A DNA stretch of 64,000 nt from Anthoceros angustus (taxonomy: Eukaryota; Plantae; Anthocerotophyta): positions 248,001-312,000 of the forward strand of contig MU008176.1 of NCBI GenBank assembly GCA_010909165.1. Direction: 5' to 3'. The notes beneath the pieces are model-generated. The model was given only the letters and a program-made list of their open reading frames with translations. It was not told the origin of the DNA and did no database searches. Positions 22,901 through 34,791 of the stretch are shown here, piece by piece. A program made the position numbers and the translations under genes. The number at the start of each line of letters is the position of its first letter. Positions within the stretch are counted from its first letter, which is position 1.

Positions 22901-24868
22901 AAAGGCAAGCCAAAGCTCGAAAGGGTCTCCACAAAAGTGTGCTTGCAGCTAGAGTGCGCCTGCTTGATGAACCACAGCTGGACCAAGTATTCCAAGGCTT
23001 TTCGAAGCCTATTGCGTCACGTCTGGACTTGTAAGTTGCCTTCGTCATCTGAATGCTCGGTGCCTGAGTTCTGCATATTCTTTCGAGAGTATGTGCTGAT
23101 TTTCCTGCGGCTGCTATCGGTGGCGGGCCTTCACTCAGGGCAAAAGCTGCTAGGGCCAAAAAACAGCTAGCTAAAAGGGCTGCTCAGAAGGAGGAGAAAA
23201 AGGTAGCTGCATTGGAGGCTGGGCTTGAATGGGAGAGTGATGAGGACTCAGATGAACCACCGGTAAAACAAATGAGAATCCTCCTCCTGGTGCATATTTT
23301 TGCTGGCTCCTCACCATGTGTTAAGCCAATTGTGTGCGTTATATCAGGAAATGAACTTGAAGGTTCCACCCTTGCCAAATCTGCTCAAGGATGATGAGCA
23401 CTATTGCCACTTGATTCGGGTAAGCATTCTTAATGGTTTCAGTTGCTTGTAGAACTTGGATTTGGTTTTGGTCACCCATGTCGACTTACCTGATCAGCTA
23501 GTTGTTGGTGTTTGATCTTACCGGTTTCAGTTGCTTGTAGAATTTGGATTTGGTTTTGGTCACCCATGTCAACTTTGCCTGATCAGCTAGTTGTTGGTGT
23601 TTGATTCCAGGTTTTACAAACATGCAAGACACTTGGATCAATGGGAAAATACTTCCAAGCACTCGACGTGATCCATAACGTGTTGGCAACTGCACACAAT
23701 GTGCCCAAGGAGAAAAGGGATGAGCTCCGAGCTCTTGGAGCTCGTATGGCACTCTGCAACTTATTTTTCAACCCCAGCAATCCACGCACTGGCTGAAGCT
23801 TGCCCTCCATAACTTTTGTATGTCGCTGCAGAGATCGCATACAAAACAAGAGATTCAAGGCATGGCTATGAATGTGTCCGGTACATGGTTCAACAACATC
23901 CCTACAGCAATGAGATGTGGAACTGCTATTATCAAGTTGTCTCGCCGTAAGCATCTCCAACGAGCACCATGTTTTTTGTTATGATTCAGGATGTTCACGA
24001 CTGACAGTTTGCATGTTTCAGGGCCATTATGAACCGGGCAGAGGCTCGTGTTCCTAAACACAACAAGTTTATGCTGCAAATGAGGGGGAAATATCCGGAT
24101 TGCATACCCGCAATTATGATTTACGGGCACCAGTTCGCAATGATAAGTCAGCCTCAAGGAGCTTTACGGGAATACCTTCAGGCTTACAAATACAAACCCG
24201 ACAACCCTTTTGTGTGCCTCTGCATAGGTAGGTTACGCTGAACTGTATAAGTTTTAGCTCGTACGTTTGGTTTATCCAGTCACTAGAGGTTGATTTTCTA
24301 ACCCTGACCTCTCGCCTTGCGAAAAATAGGGCTGTGACAGTCTGCTACCTCATTTCATCCTGTGTCTCTGTGTAGGAGTGGCTTTGATCAACCTGTCTCT
24401 TGGTTTCCGCCTAAGCAATCGTAATCAAACTATACTGCAAGGTTTCTCCTTCTTGTACCAGTATCAGCGTCTGTCCAAATATACACAGGTAATGCTTGTC
24501 TCGTGGTGTGTGCATTATGTGAAGCGATTCTGGGGACACGGGAAACCTGAGTGCGGTCGGGATTGTCACAGGAGTCTAACTACAACATCGCCCGAGCGTT
24601 TCATCATGTTGGCATTGCACACTTAGCGGTTCTCTACTACGAGAAGGTTTTAGCCCATGTGGAGGAGGACCATCCGATTGTTAGACTCCCACATCAAAAG
24701 GGCGATTTTGCGTCTCAGGTCCCAGAGGTTCCTCGAGGGGGATCGGTAAAACATCTGGGTCACTGCGACTTGAGGCGAGAAGCTGCTCACAACCTTCATC
24801 TACTACACCGTAAAAGTGGTGCTGTGGATCTCGCCAGACAAGTACTGAAAGATCATTGTTCTTTCTAA
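19946..24868 (+). CDS. GTF3C3: General transcription factor IIIC TPR subunit (TFIIIC102/Tfc4 homolog), multi-exon
   Basis: Acidic N-terminus followed by DPLALVEEDAQGKLPYEQFERLEYEALAARKRR. TPR exons (LGNANLLYATGKFDE, APYVPDSYHTLGLVHE, ALWKRLASWS). C-terminal ESNYNIARAFHHVGIAHLAVLYYEKVL and DLRREAAHNLHLLHRKSGAVDLARQVLKDHCSF*. GT-AG introns throughout; not every boundary was resolved. Confidence 0.9.
23435..23604. repeat. Tandem duplication of about 82 bp (period about 88 bp) inside a TFIIIC-subunit intron
   Basis: ggtttcagttgcttgtagaa...gatcagctagttgttggtgtttgat at 23435-23516 and 23523-23604, with a few substitutions. Confidence 0.9.
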
Positions 24869-25386
24869 CTTTTGTACTCCGAGTCGGAGGGCGTCGAATT
24901 GCAGGAGCTCCATTGGCACATGAACTCATTGGACATCAGAATCTGAGCGGACGGTGTTGAGTGTGTTGGCATGGGACAACGTATATGCGCGCCCACTGTA
25001 GCTCTCCGAAAGCTCTGGCTAGGTGATGTGTGGCATAGACCAATTGGGCCTTATGCGAGACGGAAAGTAAGTCCAAGGTGATCTAATGCCAGGCATTCTG
25101 CTGAAAATTTTCGTAGAGGACGAGGTACGTTATATGAGAACGCGTTATACTCCTGAATAGGCACGCGGGATGAGCATGTCATTGCAAAATTCACCTAGTG
25201 ATTAAAAGGCTTAATATGAATATCTTAGAAATTTAAAATTTAGTTCACGGGAAGAGGACTTTCCGCGAACCAAATTTTGTGAAGAATAACGTAGTTTCAC
25301 CATAACGCTACGGTGTGCAGACTGGCCAGGAAGAGGGGGTTCTTCTTTTTATGTTTTTCGATCATATACAATACAATACAGTGAGG

Positions 25387-25460
25387 CCATAACATGTAGG
25401 GTCAGTAATCACCACGTTTACTACCATAACATGTAGGGTCAGTAATCACCACGTTTACTA
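25387..25460. repeat. Perfect 37-bp tandem duplication
   Basis: ccataacatgtagggtcagtaatcaccacgtttacta twice in succession. Confidence 0.9.
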
Positions 25461-25700
25461 CCACGACTTAAGCTTGGTCACCTCGGATGAGGTACAAGTA
25501 GGCTCTCACCGTCTAACCTGTACATAAAGCATACCAATGCTCGCTCCAAGCCATATAACAACCTTCATGAACCATTAATTGCAAACATAATGTCATGAAT
25601 GGCATAATGGGTGGCAAAATAATGACCCCCATTGGGACAACAAGCAAGGTGCATCCTAGATGCGTCCAGGGCTGCGCCACACTCACGGGTAAAGTGAGGA
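25460..25700 (-). mobile_element. Highly decayed Ty1/copia reverse transcriptase fragment
   Basis: The minus strand reads ...HYVCN*WFMKVLYGLERAL..., resembling the copia RT motif VCKLxKALYGLKQAPRAW. Stops are present. Confidence 0.45.
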
Positions 25701-26772
25701 AGCTGAACTAATCCCAAATGAAAAAGCATCATTGTAGTGAAGGTTATAGGTGCGACGTGAAATCCCTACATGCATGGACGAGCCAATAGCCAAGCTCCTA
25801 CGCCCTTCCCAAAACAAGAGAGGAGACAAGGCTCTTGTGGGCCTTGGAATAGAAGGGTCCAAAAGGATGGACTGGAAAGCTTGGCTGAGTTGTTTGTCAC
25901 ACAAGGATGATTGCAACTCGTTAAAACCGTCGGTGAGGAAGGTCATGAAAAGAGGGAAGAGCTGCCTTGCTTTGATACATAAGATGTACCTATAGGTACA
26001 TGCGTTATATATAGGAATAGAAAATCAGGTAGGCTAGGATTGTTCTGTAGTGATAGAGGGAAAGAATTATTAAGTCAAGATTGGCTCCAACTGAGCCTTA
26101 TACATTGTGACGTCTGCTAATAAGGAGGTGTGACTCCTCGTGATAGGGTGTGTGGCCCTAACGGCCTTACTGGCTAACGGTGCTTCTAATTGCAGCTGTC
26201 TGTGTGTTCCAAATTGAATACTCCTCCTAAGACGCGGCATGTTAGGAGAATGGTTGTCCTCTTGACTTGTAACCAAGAACACCAGGTACGTATCGCCGTT
26301 AATGTTCTTAAGGGTGTAGCACCGAACACCTTGGATGCGCATCGCCCCCTCCAGCTGCTCCTTGGGGAAATGCCGACTCCAATTAATGGTTCTCCCAAAG
26401 GTAATAGGCATTGGCTCTGTGCAAAGCGGCAAAGGTGCTTGTACCGCTGCATCCTCCCCCAAGCGCCTGCTGCGGGTTCCTCCCCCTGAAGTGAGCCATT
26501 GTGAGAGTGGCAATTGTGGGAGTCTGGAATGTTCAAGGAAGAACTCACACAAGGTGTGGGGTTAGCGATCAAATTGAAAGGCGAAGTTGTGAAGGAGGCA
26601 CTGACGGAAGTGCCTAAGACAAATGACCTGCCCTGCTTAGGATATGTAGCGAGGACGTGGTGGGATGGATCAAGCATAAGACATTGGTGAGAAGAGAAGG
26701 TTAACAACATGTAGCCGTATTCGAGCAATTGGCCGACCGAAATGATGCATAGGTGAGAAACATTGAGCACAT

Positions 26773-27138
26773 TGTGGAATCAACACTGTGGACGAACTAT
26801 CGCTGACGGACCAGTCGGGCACACACTAATCTCGTATCGTGTAGTATGAGGTTCAATCCCAAGGGAATGTTTCACTCCGTTCGCTTATTGCTTACCTCCT
26901 CCGCACTCCTACCTAGTCTAGGCCGCTATCGTTAGCCGGACCCCACTGCCGGATCGGATTGTGCAACGGCGATTGCCTAGAGACCCGGGCGTTGTGCCAG
27001 AAACGATGCTCAAGGTACCTCCCGACCCTTCCGATGAATCGAATAGGGGTACAAACCACACTTCGCAATAGCCGGAGGTTATAGCCCTAGGCCCAATCGT
27101 ACCACCGCTCGAACTCTCTACTTCACACTCTTCGTTCA
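26773..27138 (-). mobile_element. Possible additional nested LTR remnant
   Basis: On the minus strand a purine tract GAAGGGGAGAGG (27150-27139) is followed by TG, and the segment ends ...GATTCCACA at 26773. No partner LTR or TSD was found. Confidence 0.3.
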
Positions 27139-27629
27139 CCTCTCCCCTTCATGTTACATATCAAACTCTACCGTATAGGCCCGATACCGTCGAACGTTTA
27201 AGGACTCGTTCACGTCCTCGTGTCCCCCCTTTTGGGGGCACTTCCTGTCCGCTCTTCTCTCTTCGCTCGCTCTTGCACTTCGCAGTCCATCATTGTGTGG
27301 GCTTGTGCTCCGATGAAATGCCGGGCCGCAGCACCTCCACGTCCACGTCCGCGCGGTCTAGCCAGTCCGGGCTCTCCACTCCCTCGCTGGTCGTTCGGCT
27401 TCCCTTGTCCGCTCCAGTCTGCCTGTCTAATACGTCCTGCCCTTGAGGAGCAAGGGTCGTGGTTCCTCAGCACTTGCAATCACCTCCACGCATTAGGGGG
27501 TCCTCACCAGAAACTGGATAATTCTCTCCAGAGTAGTCCGCCTGCTCGCTGACTCGGGCAGCGCATTAGCACTTGGCTCACATGAGTCAGTATCCCAACA
27601 CGTTATCAACCCCAAAAGGAAAATCGCAT

Positions 27630-27842
27630 TATAATATGCAAGAAATATGCTAAAGCATATTACTTGTCCTTATCCACTTAGGTATTTCTAAACATATTTA
27701 ATTAACGCTAATCAACACTTAATTCACATAAGTGCTTTGGATTAATTAAACTAATTATTTATTTAAATATAAATAATTAGAATAATTAATTCTAATCAAA
27801 CAATAAACCCAAGTGCAAAGATTAGTATCACACAGCATGACA
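27630..27842 (-). mobile_element. Partial second copy of the solo-LTR family, inserted just after the protease motif
   Basis: Shares tataatatgcaag...aaacccaagtgcaaagattagtatcacacagcatgaca with 28881-29212 and ends at the same TG terminus. The other end is not resolved. Confidence 0.7.
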
Positions 27843-28525
27843 GCTCCCTTTGCTAGGTCATGTGGTGGGTAGCACTTGAGTCCACAATCCAAATGTTAGA
27901 ATCCGAAGACATATTCAAGTACATAAAGAATAAAAGAGCGCCATGAATGACGTTGCTGGTGAAGGGTTGCTCCTTCATGTCTGCCAGCCATTTCCGGCAA
28001 TCACATTGGTGATGTCTGAGTTGTTGGCAATAGAAACAGTTGTCTAGCCTGCGTTGGGAACCTCCCAACGCAGGCTAGACAACTGGTGGGTGGAGGGCCT
28101 CCCCCACCAAGAGATCCACCGGTAAGATGCCCTCTATGAGGGCCTGGTCGTTTACGTGTGAAGAGGGCAATGTCGCCAGGAGCTGGGGTGTCGACCACCT
28201 TCCTGCGCTGTTCCTCCTGTCTCAAAAAGGCAATGGTCTCATCTAACGGCCTAGGGTTAGTTGTCTGCTTTATCACCAACAATGACCAAGAAGAGGGCAT
28301 GCTCTATAGCATTTGCACATAAGCATCATGGTCGGACACGGTGGTGCCCGCTAATTCGATGGAATCCTTAAGATTCATGAAGTAGTTCACGAACTACTCA
28401 ATGGATTTATTCTCGGACATTTGGAGGTTGTAGAATTTTCACATCAGGTAGCCCTTGTTTATGGCATTGTCAAAGACGTACTTCTTCTTCAAGCGATCCC
28501 AGACTTCCTTGGCTATTGTGAGTTG

Positions 28526-29212
28526 TGTCGCACGAGGTAAGCACTTGAATTCATATAAGCACTTCCTCGACCAACAACCAAGCAAACAAATCTTATGCGC
28601 AGATATATAGGTGCATAGCTTGTAAGAACAGGAGGGAGTAGCTCCCACGTCGTGGCACAAACACACTCTCCCCACGAGAACAACACGCAAATTCCTCACA
28701 CATCGCCTCCTGAGTCATAACTTTGGCCTCCTCACAACGCCTCAGATCAGATATCTAGAGGACAAGCTATGATTTGAGCTTGTCTCAATGGAAGGGTCTA
28801 TATATACTAGACCCTAGCATCGCATATTCCTAAGATATCCTATTGGCACGCGATATGCCGTAAATATCCTAAGAATACACTATAATATGCAAGGAATATG
28901 CCAAAGCATATTACTTGAGCTTATCCACTTAGCTATTGTATCCTAAGAATACACTATAATATGCAAGGAATATGCCAAAGCATATTACTTGAGCTTATCC
29001 ACTTAGCTATTGCTAACCATGTTTAATTAACACTAATCAATGCTTAATTAACATAAACACATTAGATTAATTAACACTAATCGATACTTAATTAACATAA
29101 GCATTTTAGATTAACTAACACTAATTACTGACTTAAAGATAAGTAATTAGATTAATTAATGCTAATGAAACACTAAACCCAAGTGCAAAGATTAGTATCA
29201 CACAGCATGACA
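28526..29212 (-). mobile_element. Solo LTR (687 bp) inserted in the copia gag
   Basis: TG...CA termini. 4-bp TSD (gttg at 28522-28525 and 29213-29216). Removing it rejoins gag in frame as VVRQ|LTIAKEVWDRL. It also contains an internal duplication of about 75 bp. Confidence 0.85.
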
Positions 29213-30699
29213 GTTGCCTAACCACGCTCATCTAAGCGTCCTTCATGTAGAGCATAACATTAGCTGTAGCCTTCCAATCTTTCAAGTCTCACGCGGACTT
29301 ACTTCCAAGACCCGTCGTAGGGGTATGTACAACCCTTCCACCTGGTGTGGCATGTGGAATAGGCTTCAGCTCGGACCCATCGACAACGCTAAATAGATTT
29401 TTCGATGGAGAAAGACCTCAATTTTGTGGCTCCAAGAAGCGTAATTAGTACCATCAAAGAAATTCATGAGCTTACTTACGGAATCGCTAGATGCCATAAT
29501 TAAGGAAATATTATTCTATATAGTAGAGGAAGTAGGGACGTCCTCAACTTGTGTACTTAGATGATGGCTTTTGGGATCGAGGACTTGCGGTGTGGATTTG
29601 TCGCGTCCTCAAACTTGCTATTGACTTCAATTGAGAAATTCCAAAGCGCCAAAAGCTTGCCGTCCCGTGCTAAGATTTATTGGTGCCGAAGGAGTCGGAG
29701 TCCGTTGTGAACTGGTGCCATTTAAGTTAGCACCATTTTCGATGTGGTGGAGTCGATTCATATCACCGCGGTGGTTCGAACCCTCGCAAAGAGTGGAGGG
29801 AAGTGCCTGCGTAGCGGTGTGTCGATTGCCACCCTACCGATGCACCCGATACCAAATCGTCCCCGACAGGAAGCGATCTTTCATGTATCCATATGGATCG
29901 AGAGCGCTAGAGTGAGGAGTTGTTGCCCCTACCTCGCGCGCCTGTAAATTGCTGAAAAACAATCTTGCGCGAGTGCCTGGAGGGTGATTAGCCACAAAGC
30001 TCCAATTGATCCGCTCTGAAAGCGGCCGTAGTGTGGGGTAGATCAAGTGTGTGCAAAAGTGCCACGACCACTGTAATGCTTCACCGCGCATAAATCCATG
30101 TTGCGAGTGCGTCCGGGTGAGATTGGATACCCATCGTGGAGCACATACCAGCCTAAAATGGGTGTTAGGGGTAGGCGCGCTGTGGCACACTTGGCACGCT
30201 GATCAGGCCTAGGGGTAAGGGCAAGGTTGTCTCAAACTCCCCGTCACTAGGTCGAGCTGTTGCTGCCTCGAATGTATTGCTAGGAAAATTGAGGCCAGTA
30301 CCTAAAGGGGAAGAGGAGGGGCAAGGTGCCCAACTGAAGGTAACCATGGGCTTGTGAAGACAGTCCAGGGGCATTCATGAACATTGGGTGAGGTATTCGG
30401 CAAGGAGATGTAGGGGGCTAGATTTTCGACCCCTGCTCTGATACCATTTAGGAAATCAGGTAGGCTAGGATCGTTCTGTGGTTATAGAGGGGAAGAATTG
30501 TTAAGTTAACTGAGGCTTATACATTGTGACGTATGCTGATGAGAAGGTGTGACTCCTCGTGATAGGGTGTATGGCCCTAATGACCCTATTGGCTAACGGT
30601 GCTTCTAATTGCAGTTGTCTGTGTGTTCCAATAATAGGTACACGTTATTTTTATGTCTCATAAAAATCACGGATATTGTTCTGTGAGTTTGGTTTATGA

Positions 30700-31370
30700 A
30701 GTGCTCGTTTCGGAGACTACCTCCAAAATGCTACCTTCGTTTGGCAGCACCTTCGAATTTCCCAAGTTCGATGTTTCCGACTAGTTCTTCTTCAGATTCA
30801 GCTCTCGTATATGGGGTTTTGTTCCATAAAAAATGCTTAATGGTTTTCCGCAGTCTGTGTGCCTGGGAAGCATTGTCTTCAGACAACGTGCTTGCCCTTT
30901 GTTTCCTCCGTTCAAGTATATAGCCTTCATAAATTCTTTGATATGTGAGTTCGCTATTATCAATCCTGATACGATGAAGAATGCAGCATGCATAAGAGGT
31001 TTCGAAAGGCAATTTGGCTTGTCCTCCATGCGTTTCTTCCTAAAATTGTGCATACACATTTCAATTGTCCAAAGGCTCCTTCGACCACCACCGAGACAAG
31101 TGCCCGACAATCTTCCGCGACCCTTCTGCACGGAAGACATGGTTGGCATGGCGGCAGGACACTTACCCTGACCTAGCAATCATCCGCCAAAGAACAGCTG
31201 AAAGGCAAAAGTAAGGATTTGACACCCAATTGTAAAAAAGAAAAGGTTGGCCATGGTGCCCGCTTTGGCACATTGGCAGCCCCCAACAGCACCAAAGCGG
31301 CCACTCTAAAGAATGAGCCGACAACTTATTTTTTAATGGAAATCCACCTCTAAACAGGTTATCCATTCAA
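30700..31370 (-). mobile_element. PIF/Harbinger (HARBI1-like DDE nuclease) C-terminal remnant
   Basis: Frameshifted motifs GGFPLKNKL (cf. GYPL), VVEGAFGQLK (cf. VERAFGxLK) and ACCILH (cf. ACCxLHN) occur in the expected order. Confidence 0.7.
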
Positions 31371-31620
31371 TCTCCTAAGTTATGACATTGTAGGCATTGT
31401 AGGTGACTTTAGACACGGAGCTTAGTTGCTCTTTCTTTACAGTGACACTCGGGGTCTCCCTTTAATGTCCTTTAGTGGATGGGTTCACTCATCTCTTCTT
31501 TCCTTCATAAGGACTTCTCTTAGCTTTCTTCGTGTATGTTATTGTTGGGGCTTTCATGTGGCACATGGATTGATTTTATACCCTAATATGGAGATTAAAT
31601 TAGATTATCACGTTCATACT

Positions 31621-31699
31621 TTCGTTGCCAAGATTCGAACCCGGGTGGTAGGGCGAGAGCCGAGTACCTGCCTGTCCTAACCTTGTAGACCATAGCAGA
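31621..31699 (-). pseudogene. tRNA-Glu(CTC)-derived pseudogene or SINE-like head
   Basis: The minus strand reads TCTGCTATGGTCTACAAGGTTAGGA[caggcagg]TACTCGGCTCTCGCCCTACCACCCGGGTTCGAATCTTGGCAACGAA. This is colinear with plant tRNA-Glu(CTC) as I recall it. It has an intact B box and CTC anticodon, broken acceptor and anticodon stems, and an 8-nt insertion. Confidence 0.75.
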
Positions 31700-32781
31700 T
31701 TTGATTATCCCAAGGGAAAATTATACCAATTTTTTTAAAATTCCCTAAGAAGAAAAGGGTGGACGTTATTTCCTTTCTAACTAATCTAATGATGTAATCG
31801 TGAGAAGGGGAGTTGAGTAGTAGAGTTAACCGACGCTGTGCTATTGTCCGCCGACTGCGGCGTTGTTCCTCCCGTTGCTGTCACCTCCCACAGTCAATCG
31901 TCTACTGCTCCACGGGGATTCGGTTCTGTACTGCCTCATTCAAGACATGATCGCAATTCCGTAGGAAAATGTTGTGGAGTGCGGAACACTGACCAGAAAG
32001 TGTTCTATCCACACACGGGATGAGCAATATGCCGACTTTGCTTACAAGTGCTGCTGCTATTTGCACATTCCAATTCCAACTCAGCACTACTAATTTGTAG
32101 GCCACTTTGATTTCAAACATACAAGGTTCCCAGATGAGACGGGATGCGCATCACAGGATTCTGCGTCTCCAAGACCCAGCCCTTGCGATGTGGTGTCTTT
32201 CTTGCATCCTGCCTGGTTTGATCACACATTTCTTGCTGCACGTGCTTTCACGGATGTGCCGTGCTTTCCGCGGGGGCGAAGAAGGGGGAAGAAGGAAGGC
32301 CGAGGCAGTCAAAGGCCCTCCAAGTCAGGATGAGGAAGAAACAAGCGTCGACTGAGTACATGACAACACTCTCACGCACTACGTATTGAGGCAATGGTTT
32401 CCAAGAATTCTTGCCGACCTTGGATGCAAGGCCTATCCGCGAAACTCGAGTCCGAGTGCGCTACATTTTGATGGCCACGGAACTTCATTCTCAGACGCAT
32501 CGCACTCCGTTTCTCCAAGCACTGGAGAAGGTAAGCTTTCCTGATGACCACGACTCTAGACTCTTAGGGTTCAGATGCGGCACATTGAAACCGTTACGTG
32601 ACCGGTTGTGTTGCAATTAGCTGTCTGCATGTCGCTGCAGGAAGAGCAGGATTCAGAAACACCTTGGCGAACTTTGACAGTCGGTTGTTGTTGCAGGAGG
32701 TTGGAGTCCAGGGTCGGGACTCATATCTGAGCTCAATCTCTTCTTCCTAGTTGACGTAGCGTTCTACGACTGCACTCCACC

Positions 32782-34292
32782 ATGGCGAAACCTACATTGA
32801 AGATACCACCAGTGATAGAGAGGCCTCCAATAGAGATTCCCGAGCCTGTAACTCCGAAACGCTTCTGCAGTGCCGGCGCCTCACAATCGCCTCGCAGTAC
32901 CTTGTTCCTGCATGGATATCCTCTCTCACCGCAGAGCCCAGGGACGCTGAGCGACAGCGGCCAACAGAGAACCCCTATGTCACCTCGCGGTTATTCACCT
33001 ACTGGCCAAGGAGTACCTCCTGAGAAGGGACAGTTCCATCAGGTCCTACCGGGAGGCTCTGTCGGTAACGGCCCTTCTTCGTCAAACATTGGGAGGCCTC
33101 AGCTGAGGAGATGTTCAGGTTCCCTTCCGACACTCGGAGAAAGTAATCTCAACGGTTTCGCGGAGGTTAGTCATCTGACATCCTCGGGCACCGGGCAACC
33201 TTCCTCAAGCAGCTCCGCCAGCTCGTGCTTCTGCAAACTATCTGCACAAGTATCGCCGTCAGCAATCTACGATCCATTCCATGAGCAAGCTGCAGGTACA
33301 GGTGGAATGCTGAGAAACGCAATTACCAGCAATTTTGGAAGTTCTTGGTTCGGACCTTCCAGACACTCCAGTGCTCCCAGCACTCCCCCGCCCGGGAGAG
33401 TCGACGTAATGCTGGCGAAAAATGAAATTGGAGTGCATCTGCCAGGCCCAATCACTTTCCGGCAAGGGGAGAGTTTGCTTGTAAAATGCAACCAGAGCAA
33501 GTGGCTTGTCGGGCAGGTATCTTATCCTCGGAGCTGGACTGATTTTCACTCTGTGGCTGCTGTAGAGGGGACAGAGTGGCTCTAGCTCAGGAGCCTGGGT
33601 GAGTATAGGTAGCGATGCACAGGTTGCCGCAACATTCTCTGTCTTCCAACCTATCTGGTGCATCTTGGAAGGGCACTGAAACGTCGTGATGGCAGGTCAG
33701 ACGCTCATCGGACAACGGACTAAAAGTGTGGGTAGGATCTGCTCAAACTCTGGTCAACGTACCTCTACCACTGCTCCCAACACATGTCGCAAAACTGGAT
33801 GCATCAATGCAGCCCAAAGGAACCTTCTCGGCCGAGGCATCAAGCTACAGCTGCTCTTCTTGCTATTCTTCCTTCACTTCCACCGCAGGAGAACCACGGA
33901 CACAAGTGCAGTGCGTGAGGCCCGCCCATCTTGCTCATCGTAACCTGTACCAGTCCACATATTCCCAGGCAATCTTCGGTGATGTTCCAGCGGGCCAGAA
34001 GGGGTTGCAGCAGGTCACGAATATGGACAAGCTTGCGACCTATAACCCCACGCAAGCTGCAGCATCCACTGGTCCACTGGGTAGCATCTCAAGCAATCTA
34101 TTCGCATCTTATGAGAGTCGTCCACGCCGAGAAATGACACTGGCTGGCGGATCCGACGTCTTCTACGATCCAAAGATATGCGGACCTATGATAACTGTGA
34201 GGGGAACAGCTTTCGGGGCCGGTGGCTCTCAAGGTGAAACATCAAGGCCAAGTGTCACTCTTCGGGACCGCCTTTCGAGCTATCAACCTTAA
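32782..34292 (+). CDS. Uncharacterised Ser/Pro-rich protein (about 443 aa) with a small predicted beta-barrel domain
   Basis: Exon 32782-33516 and exon 33696-34292 join in phase 0 across a GT-AG intron (33517-33695), giving ...FRQGESLLVKCNQSKWLVGQ|VRRSSDNGLKVWVGSAQTLVNVPL.... The rest of the protein is low-complexity. Confidence 0.65.
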
Positions 34293-34791
34293 GCAACATC
34301 AACAATCTTGCCACTCGGCGCAAGCAAAGTAGTCCTTGGCAGAGTGACGGCCAGAGTGCAGAGAAAAGAGTTGTACTGGTCTTGGGAGACTGAGGGCTCC
34401 ACTGTCTTGGTCATCGCTGTTGACATTCACGAATGGTTTTTGGTTAACACAAGCACCAAGACGGCACACTAACGTCCACTAGGCTTCCAACCACTCCTTG
34501 CGCAGGGCCCCTTACCAAAGACGACAGATGTCATTGGTCTTGCTACAGAATCTGTCAGGTCTGCATCCCGAGTATGTAATACTTAGCATCCAGAGAGACC
34601 ATTCTCCTTCCTCCTCCTTCCTCTCTTCTGGCAAGAAAAGGCAGCAACAGCATCAGGCCAAGGACTTGGAACACAGACACTCATACGCAGCAGATGTGAG
34701 GAGCAAGCGGAGTCACCCTTTCTTGGCTGTTAGCTTCGGCTTAGGTCACAGCCTTGATGGATAGATAGCTCAGCAGGCAGGCTCAGGATTC

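Larger units (their letters stand above)
26012..30636 (-). mobile_element. Degenerate non-autonomous Ty1/copia LTR retrotransposon with short LTRs and nested insertions
   Basis: Direct LTRs at 30449-30636 (5') and 26012-26220 (3'), roughly 85-90% identical by eye. Met-tRNA PBS TGGTATCAGAGC at 30446-30435. PPT TTAGGAGGAG at 26230-26221. Gag starts at 29497 (MASSDSVSKLMNFFDGTNYASW), followed by UBN2-like AKEVWDRL and MPSSW...FLRQEEQRR, zinc knuckle CFYCQQLRHHQCDC and protease motif WIVDSSATHHMT. An RNase H-like tail ends RLRRSI. No integrase or RT was found. Confidence 0.85.

Noticed and set aside
27630-29212. Gag-only (TR-GAG-like) nested element bounded by two AT-rich repeats
   Set aside because: The gag N-terminus lies outside it (ATG at 29497), and the right repeat is a solo LTR with its own TSD, so the gag belongs to the outer copia.
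29745-29783. A-box-like TGGTGGAGTCG plus B-box GGTTCGAACCC in the copia leader
   Set aside because: Only 17 nt separate the boxes and there is no cloverleaf; too short for a tRNA or SINE promoter.
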